64,000 bases of DNA from Alphaproteobacteria bacterium (GTDB taxonomy: Bacteria > Pseudomonadota > Alphaproteobacteria > Rickettsiales > UBA8987), in contig JAUIFA010000001.1 of the NCBI GenBank assembly GCA_030429625.1, forward strand, positions 207,868 to 271,867, read 5' to 3'. This document shows, in pieces, positions 59,412-64,000 of this stretch (position 1 is its first letter; the number at the start of each line of letters is the position of its first letter). The notes under the pieces were generated by a model. The model was not told where the DNA came from, did not search any database, and saw only the letters and a list, made by a program, of their open reading frames with translations. Both the position numbers and the translations under genes were made by a program.

Positions 59412-59831
59412 ATGCAAGTCTCTGAAATTATGACAGAAAATCCGGTAATGATTGATAAGAATAGCAGCATAGCGGATGCCGCTAAGAAGATGCGTGATGA
59501 AGATTGTGGCGTGCTTCCGGTGGGAGATCTACAAAATCTTGAAGGTATGATCACTGATCGCGATATTACCATCTGGGCAGTGGCTGAAGAGCTAAATCTT
59601 CAACAGTCAACAGTGGCCGACATTATGAGTACGGAGATTATCACCTGCCATGCCGCAGATGACCTTGGAAAGGCTGCTGACATTATGAGCCTCAACGGTG
59701 TACGTCGCTTAGTGGTAAAGGACGATAACCAAGAGGTGGTAGGCATTGTTTCTATTTCGGATCTGATGAAAAATATTGGAGACGAAAACGTTACGGACGA
59801 TGTCATGCATCACGTACTCAAATACGCATAG
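59412..59831 (+). CDS. CBS-pair protein
   Basis: GMITDRDI, VRRLVV, GIVSISD; AAGGAG RBS. Confidence 0.9.
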   Translation: MQVSEIMTENPVMIDKNSSIADAAKKMRDEDCGVLPVGDLQNLEGMITDRDITIWAVAEELNLQQSTVADIMSTEIITCHAADDLGKAADIMSLNGVRRLVVKDDNQEVVGIVSISDLMKNIGDENVTDDVMHHVLKYA

Positions 59832-59944
59832 TCAGACATTCTGGAAACCAGATCGGTTGTTTTTGTTGAAAAGACCAGAAAATTGAAAAAATGCTTTGAC
59901 CTTCATATAATGTAATGGTAGAAGCCTTCGCACACCATGAGTAC

Positions 59945-60019
59945 GGCCCCTTCGTCTAGTGGTTAGGACATCGCCCTTTCACGGCGGCAACACGGGTTCA
60001 AATCCCGTAGGGGTCACCA
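59945..60019 (+). tRNA. tRNA-Glu(TTC)
   Basis: GGCCCCT/AGGGGTC acceptor stem, TTC anticodon, CCA. Confidence 0.95.
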
Positions 60020-60090
60020 GCTAACCTACTGTAATTGTTCGCCTTTATTCGTTTTGCCATTGGTTTTCAACGGCATAATACCCCCACCTT

Positions 60091-60364
60091 TTCACTACTG
60101 TTCACCGCTGTTCATCTACAGTCACCCTGCATATCAGCACAAATAGCAGCATCAGTCATAATCGAACTACATTTTGCTACATTATTCCGGTCCATTTAAC
60201 AGTCTTTTATTTGATGGCCGGACGATGGACAATATGGACAGTCAGTTTTTTATGAAAAAATCTCTTGCAATACTCCTGAAAAACATACATAAAAGTATGT
60301 AACTATCTGATTTTACTAGTTATTTTGTTCGCAGTTGTTCATGGTTGTTCATGCCTGTTCACCG
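60091..60364. repeat. Two arrays of 10-bp-phased TGTTC(A) repeats
   Basis: ttca at 60091, 60101, 60111; tgttc at 60326, 60336, 60346, 60356. Confidence 0.8.
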
Positions 60365-60400
60365 CCGCAAACATTAGAACCATAGAATTTTTGAAAGGAG

Positions 60401-61621
60401 ATGAAAATGAAGCTAACACATATACAAATTAAGAACGCAAAACCGAAAGAAAAGATGTATCGCCTTAGCGATGGTGATGGTCTGAGTTTAGAAATTCAAC
60501 CCAATGGGGCAAAATATTGGCGTATGGCATACACCTACAATAATAAACGTAGGCAGATCGCGTTCGGAAAATATCCCATTATATCATTACAAGATGCGAG
60601 GGAGCTGCGCTTAGAGACCAAGAAGAAGCTCGTTAAAAACATTGATCCCGTAGAAGATAGAAGGCAGGCAAAGCTGGAAAGGGAAATGAAATATGAAAAT
60701 AACTTCGAGGCGATAGCCCGTGAGTGGCACGAGAATAAAAAGCATACATGGCAACCCAAGCATGCAGATAATATTTTGAAGCGGTTGTCGGTACATATTT
60801 TCCCCGTCATTGGAGCAAAGCCAATCACGGATATTAAGCCCCCAGAATTATTACATGCGCTTAGAGCCATTGAGAGCGCTGGTAAGCACGAGATGGCACA
60901 TCGTATGTTGCAGACCACAAGCCAGATATTTCGCTATGCTGTGGCAACGGGCAAGGCCGATTTTGATATAACGCCAAGTCTAAAAGGTGCGCTTAAACCT
61001 ACACAAAGTAAACATCATCCTCACCTTAAAGAAGAGGAACTGCCGGCATTTCTAAGAAAACTCAATAACTATGACCTTGATAAAGATGATGGTGGCTGTA
61101 ACGGCAACCCTATTACAAAATGGGGTTTTCAGCTTATGATTATGACCTTTGTTCGCACGGGTGAAATGCGTGGGGCTAAATGGGATGAGATAGATTTTGA
61201 TAAAGCACAGTGGCGTATACCGGAAGAACGTATGAAGATGAAAGAACAGCATGTGGTACCGTTATCAAAACAAGCGGTTACGTTGTTTAAGAAAATCTAT
61301 GAAGTGACAGGTGATTGTTATAGTGGGTATGTATTGCCAAGTTTTCAGAACCCGAGGAAAAGTATCAGTGAAAACACATTCTTACGTGCAATTTTTCTCA
61401 TGGGTTATAAGGGTAAAACCGTTGGGCATGGCTTCCGTGCGACAGCTTCAACGATATTGAATGAAAATGGCTTTAGACCTGATATAATCGAACGGCAGCT
61501 TGCTCACTGTGAGCCTAACCAAGTCCGCGCTGCTTATAATCATGCTCAATACCTTCCCGAACGTGTTGAAATGATGCAGTGGTGGGCAAATTACTTAGAA
61601 AGATCGGGAATGGAGATTTAA
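60401..61621 (+). CDS. P4-family tyrosine integrase with arm-binding domain
   Basis: DGDGL, GKYP; catalytic R (VRTGE), K, HGFR, LAH, Y (RAAY). Confidence 0.95.
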   Translation: MKMKLTHIQIKNAKPKEKMYRLSDGDGLSLEIQPNGAKYWRMAYTYNNKRRQIAFGKYPIISLQDARELRLETKKKLVKNIDPVEDRRQAKLEREMKYENNFEAIAREWHENKKHTWQPKHADNILKRLSVHIFPVIGAKPITDIKPPELLHALRAIESAGKHEMAHRMLQTTSQIFRYAVATGKADFDITPSLKGALKPTQSKHHPHLKEEELPAFLRKLNNYDLDKDDGGCNGNPITKWGFQLMIMTFVRTGEMRGAKWDEIDFDKAQWRIPEERMKMKEQHVVPLSKQAVTLFKKIYEVTGDCYSGYVLPSFQNPRKSISENTFLRAIFLMGYKGKTVGHGFRATASTILNENGFRPDIIERQLAHCEPNQVRAAYNHAQYLPERVEMMQWWANYLERSGMEI

Positions 61622-61623
61622 GT

Positions 61624-62163
61624 ATGGCAAAGGATAAGGTTAATGAGCGGCTTGAGGGCATCTCCCAAGAAAACTTGGAAAAGGCGCAAGCACGACTTAA
61701 TAAATTATGTGATCAATACAATATGCAGCGCATTACACTAACCCATGGAAAAAACAGGTGGAGAGAGCTATGCTTTCGTATAATTGGCCTACCTCCACAT
61801 GAAGCAAACTCTGCTGGCCGATCTGCTATGATGAAGAAGGAAGAGCAGGATTATTTTGTTGGCTACATGGATATAATAGATGAATTTTCCGTTTTTGATG
61901 AAGGTAGCGATGGCACTATCAAAAAAACAACTGTTGATGAAAAAATAGCTCTCTATTCAAAGAAGAATGCTCCAAAAGATCATACAACAGAGCATACGAA
62001 CAAAACATTTACAGGTATAAAAAGACTGAAAAATTTCTGGAAGAATTTCGGTAGAACACACTTAGACAAACTTGCCGAAGAGGAATTAAGGGCACGGCAG
62101 GATGAAGATTGGTCGGATCATCCAGCTGAGTATTACGACAATTTCTACAAAGACAAAAAGTAA
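61624..62163 (+). CDS. Hypothetical element protein
   Basis: ATG 3 bp after the integrase stop. Confidence 0.65.
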   Translation: MAKDKVNERLEGISQENLEKAQARLNKLCDQYNMQRITLTHGKNRWRELCFRIIGLPPHEANSAGRSAMMKKEEQDYFVGYMDIIDEFSVFDEGSDGTIKKTTVDEKIALYSKKNAPKDHTTEHTNKTFTGIKRLKNFWKNFGRTHLDKLAEEELRARQDEDWSDHPAEYYDNFYKDKK

Positions 62164-62271
62164 AGTCACAAAATATCTCTCCTAATTTTTTGTGACTTCA
62201 GAAACTGCTTCAATGGCTACATGTGATCACACGGAGTGACACATGTACAACTTAAGCCATAGGAGTAAATT

Positions 62272-62475
62272 ATGGAAAATCAAAAACTTTTTTATACCAT
62301 CAATGAGGTTGCGGAAGCAATTTCGTTGGGGCGCACAAGCATTTACAAAGCTATCAATGAAGGACGGCTTACTGCGAAGAAATTCGGTTCTAAATCGTTA
62401 GTAAGTGCTGAGTCGTTGGATGATTTTATTGCTGGACTTCCCAACAAGGAAAAAGTGGGAGGTAGCAATGAGTAA
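62272..62475 (+). CDS. Excisionase/AlpA-like HTH protein
   Basis: YTINEVAEAISLGRTSIYKAINEGRL; AGGAG RBS. Confidence 0.88.
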   Translation: MENQKLFYTINEVAEAISLGRTSIYKAINEGRLTAKKFGSKSLVSAESLDDFIAGLPNKEKVGGSNE

Positions 62476-62677
62476 AAAGCATACAGAACTATGTTTCATA
62501 CACAGTCTTTTTGATCACGAAGTAGAAGCGACACATGTACGACACTTTCCAACTTACATTGATGATTGCGAGAATGAGTATTCTTGCTGTGCACTTTGTG
62601 ATCAATGCTCACCCTTAGATAAGGCTCTGACGCCTGAACTAATGTCGTATTTAATCGAAGTTAGTCTGGGGGTATAA
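62468..62677 (+). CDS. Small Cys/His-rich hypothetical protein
   Basis: GGAGG RBS; overlaps the HTH gene stop; CCALCDQC. Confidence 0.55.
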   Translation: MSKKHTELCFIHSLFDHEVEATHVRHFPTYIDDCENEYSCCALCDQCSPLDKALTPELMSYLIEVSLGV

Positions 62678-62678
62678 C

Positions 62679-64000
62679 ATGAAAACTATTTTTAATGATT
62701 CATTCACCTCTCTGCATGATCTTGGCTTCAGTGTTTTTCCAATACCACATGGGAGTAAAATACCTAACAGTGGCTGGAAAAAATATCAGTCAGCAAAACC
62801 AACCATTGAGCAATGCCAAAAATGGGATGAAGGTGAGTACAATATTGCCATTGCGACAGGCAATGTATCGGGCATTTTTGTCGTTGATATTGATGGAGAG
62901 GCAGGAGAGAAAACAATCCAGACCCTTGAAGCTCAATATGGCAAATTACCTGAAACGGTTTCCGTTAAAACGGGGAGAGGAAAGCACTTATACTTTCATT
63001 ATCCTGATGGAGATTGTGATATACGTAATCTTGCGAGCAAGAGTGCTCAGGGGGAGGAGCTGCTGGGCGTAGATGTCCGTGGCAATGGTGGCTATGTGGT
63101 TGCCCCTCCGTCACTCCACCCTGACGGTGGTCATTATGAGTGGTTGCTTTCACCCTCGACTTCATCTATTGCTGTTGCACCTCAATGGTTGCTGGATTTG
63201 ATGACACAATCTTCGCAGCAATGGCAGGAGTATGCTTCTACCGAGCAGATATCGGAATCTCTTATTAATGAGTTGATTGGTAAGGAGTGCGCTATTCTTG
63301 AAGATGCTGAGGAAGGTGAACGCAATGATCAGCTAAATAGGGCTGCGTTTGCATTGGGTCAGTATATTCATCTCGGATTGCCTGAAGCACATGTGCGAGA
63401 GGCTTTAAAGGAATCTGCTCTTAAAATTGGCCTCGAGGGACGCGAGATAGAATCCACTATCACCAGTGGGTTAAATGGCGGCAAGAAGAACCCTCGGGCG
63501 TTCAATGACAGGTGGGATAATCCTGACATGGGAATTATCACCCGTCGTAAAGCCGAACTTCCTGAGTGTCCTTACCATCTCCTTGGCGCTGAAATAAAAC
63601 AGTACATTGAAGATGCGGCAGCATGTAAGTCTGCTCCACCAGATTACGTTCTTGCAGGTCTACTAAACGCCGCCGCCGGATTAATTGGCAATGCCCGTCA
63701 GGTGGAGATTTGGGGCGGCTGGAATGAGGCAACAGCCTTGTGGTTCATGCTGGTAGGCTTACCTTCCTGTAATAAGTCTCCCGCTTTGGATGCTGTGTTT
63801 CCGGTCGTTCGTGACTTTGAGGCTCAATATCACCAGCAGTATAAGCTTGAAATGCAGGACTACAAAATTGCACTTGAGCAGTACAGAGCCATGAAGCAGA
63901 TGAAGGGTAAGAAAGATGCACCCGATCCAACGGCTGATATGACAGAACCCGTAAAGCCCATTATGAAACGGATTATCGTTAACGATACCACCGTTGAAAA
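62679..64000 (+). CDS. Prim-Pol primase fused to a DUF3987/YfjI-like NTPase (runs off window; not in ORF track)
   Basis: Hand translation: FSVFPI, NIAIATG, VVDID, TGRGKHLYF, DVRGNGGYVVAPPS, GERNDQL, VGLPSCNKS, IIVNDTTVE. Confidence 0.85.
   Translation, partial: MKTIFNDSFTSLHDLGFSVFPIPHGSKIPNSGWKKYQSAKPTIEQCQKWDEGEYNIAIATGNVSGIFVVDIDGEAGEKTIQTLEAQYGKLPETVSVKTGRGKHLYFHYPDGDCDIRNLASKSAQGEELLGVDVRGNGGYVVAPPSLHPDGGHYEWLLSPSTSSIAVAPQWLLDLMTQSSQQWQEYASTEQISESLINELIGKECAILEDAEEGERNDQLNRAAFALGQYIHLGLPEAHVREALKESALKIGLEGREIESTITSGLNGGKKNPRAFNDRWDNPDMGIITRRKAELPECPYHLLGAEIKQYIEDAAACKSAPPDYVLAGLLNAAAGLIGNARQVEIWGGWNEATALWFMLVGLPSCNKSPALDAVFPVVRDFEAQYHQQYKLEMQDYKIALEQYRAMKQMKGKKDAPDPTADMTEPVKPIMKRIIVNDTTVE

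Larger units (their letters stand above)
60020..64000 (+). mobile_element. P4/PICI-like integrated element, left end (far att site outside window)
   Basis: tRNA, integrase, ORF, Xis/AlpA-like HTH, small ORF, primase-helicase in order. Confidence 0.85.

Noticed and set aside
60036-60364. CRISPR array
   Set aside because: Repeats are 5-6 bp at a 10-bp period, with no spacers or cas genes
62695-63930. Short ORFs and an apparent non-coding gap at the window end
   Set aside because: Region is covered by the Prim-Pol/DUF3987 ORF from 62679, which the track missed because its stop lies outside the window

Overview
AT-rich alphaproteobacterial chromosome, probably from an early-branching, metabolically fairly complete Rickettsiales-like organism (inferred from a DUF2610-type gene, the aa3 cox cluster, ppdK, CtrA-type boxes and an alpha-type initiator tRNA). 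It carries two flagellar blocks (flgL-fliW-fliB-GT41 glycosyltransferase; fliP/fliO/flhB-like, then two TPR-sulfotransferases, a 748-aa flagellin, flaG-like, a 991-aa fliD and fliS). It also holds sulfur, NAD, ubiquinone and aspartate-pathway genes, an RND pump, a cytochrome c oxidase cluster with a degenerate subunit-I paralogue, pstSCAB, three tRNAs, a one-gene island at tRNA-Pro, and the left end of a P4/PICI-like element at tRNA-Glu. Main candidates for novelty: (1) a KamA-like radical SAM aminomutase, a class III aminotransferase and a BKACE whose residues point to anionic substrates, suggesting Glu -> beta-Glu -> 3-oxoglutarate -> malonyl-CoA + acetoacetate, with PhaR-type boxes upstream; (2) a FliD cap carrying a colinear copy of the flagellin outer domain; (3) a possible flagellar O-GlcNAc/sulfation/methylation toolkit; (4) a shared CtrA-type promoter architecture ahead of four orphan or secreted genes, two with T4SS-like basic tails. 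All calls come from reading the sequence by eye; no searches were run.
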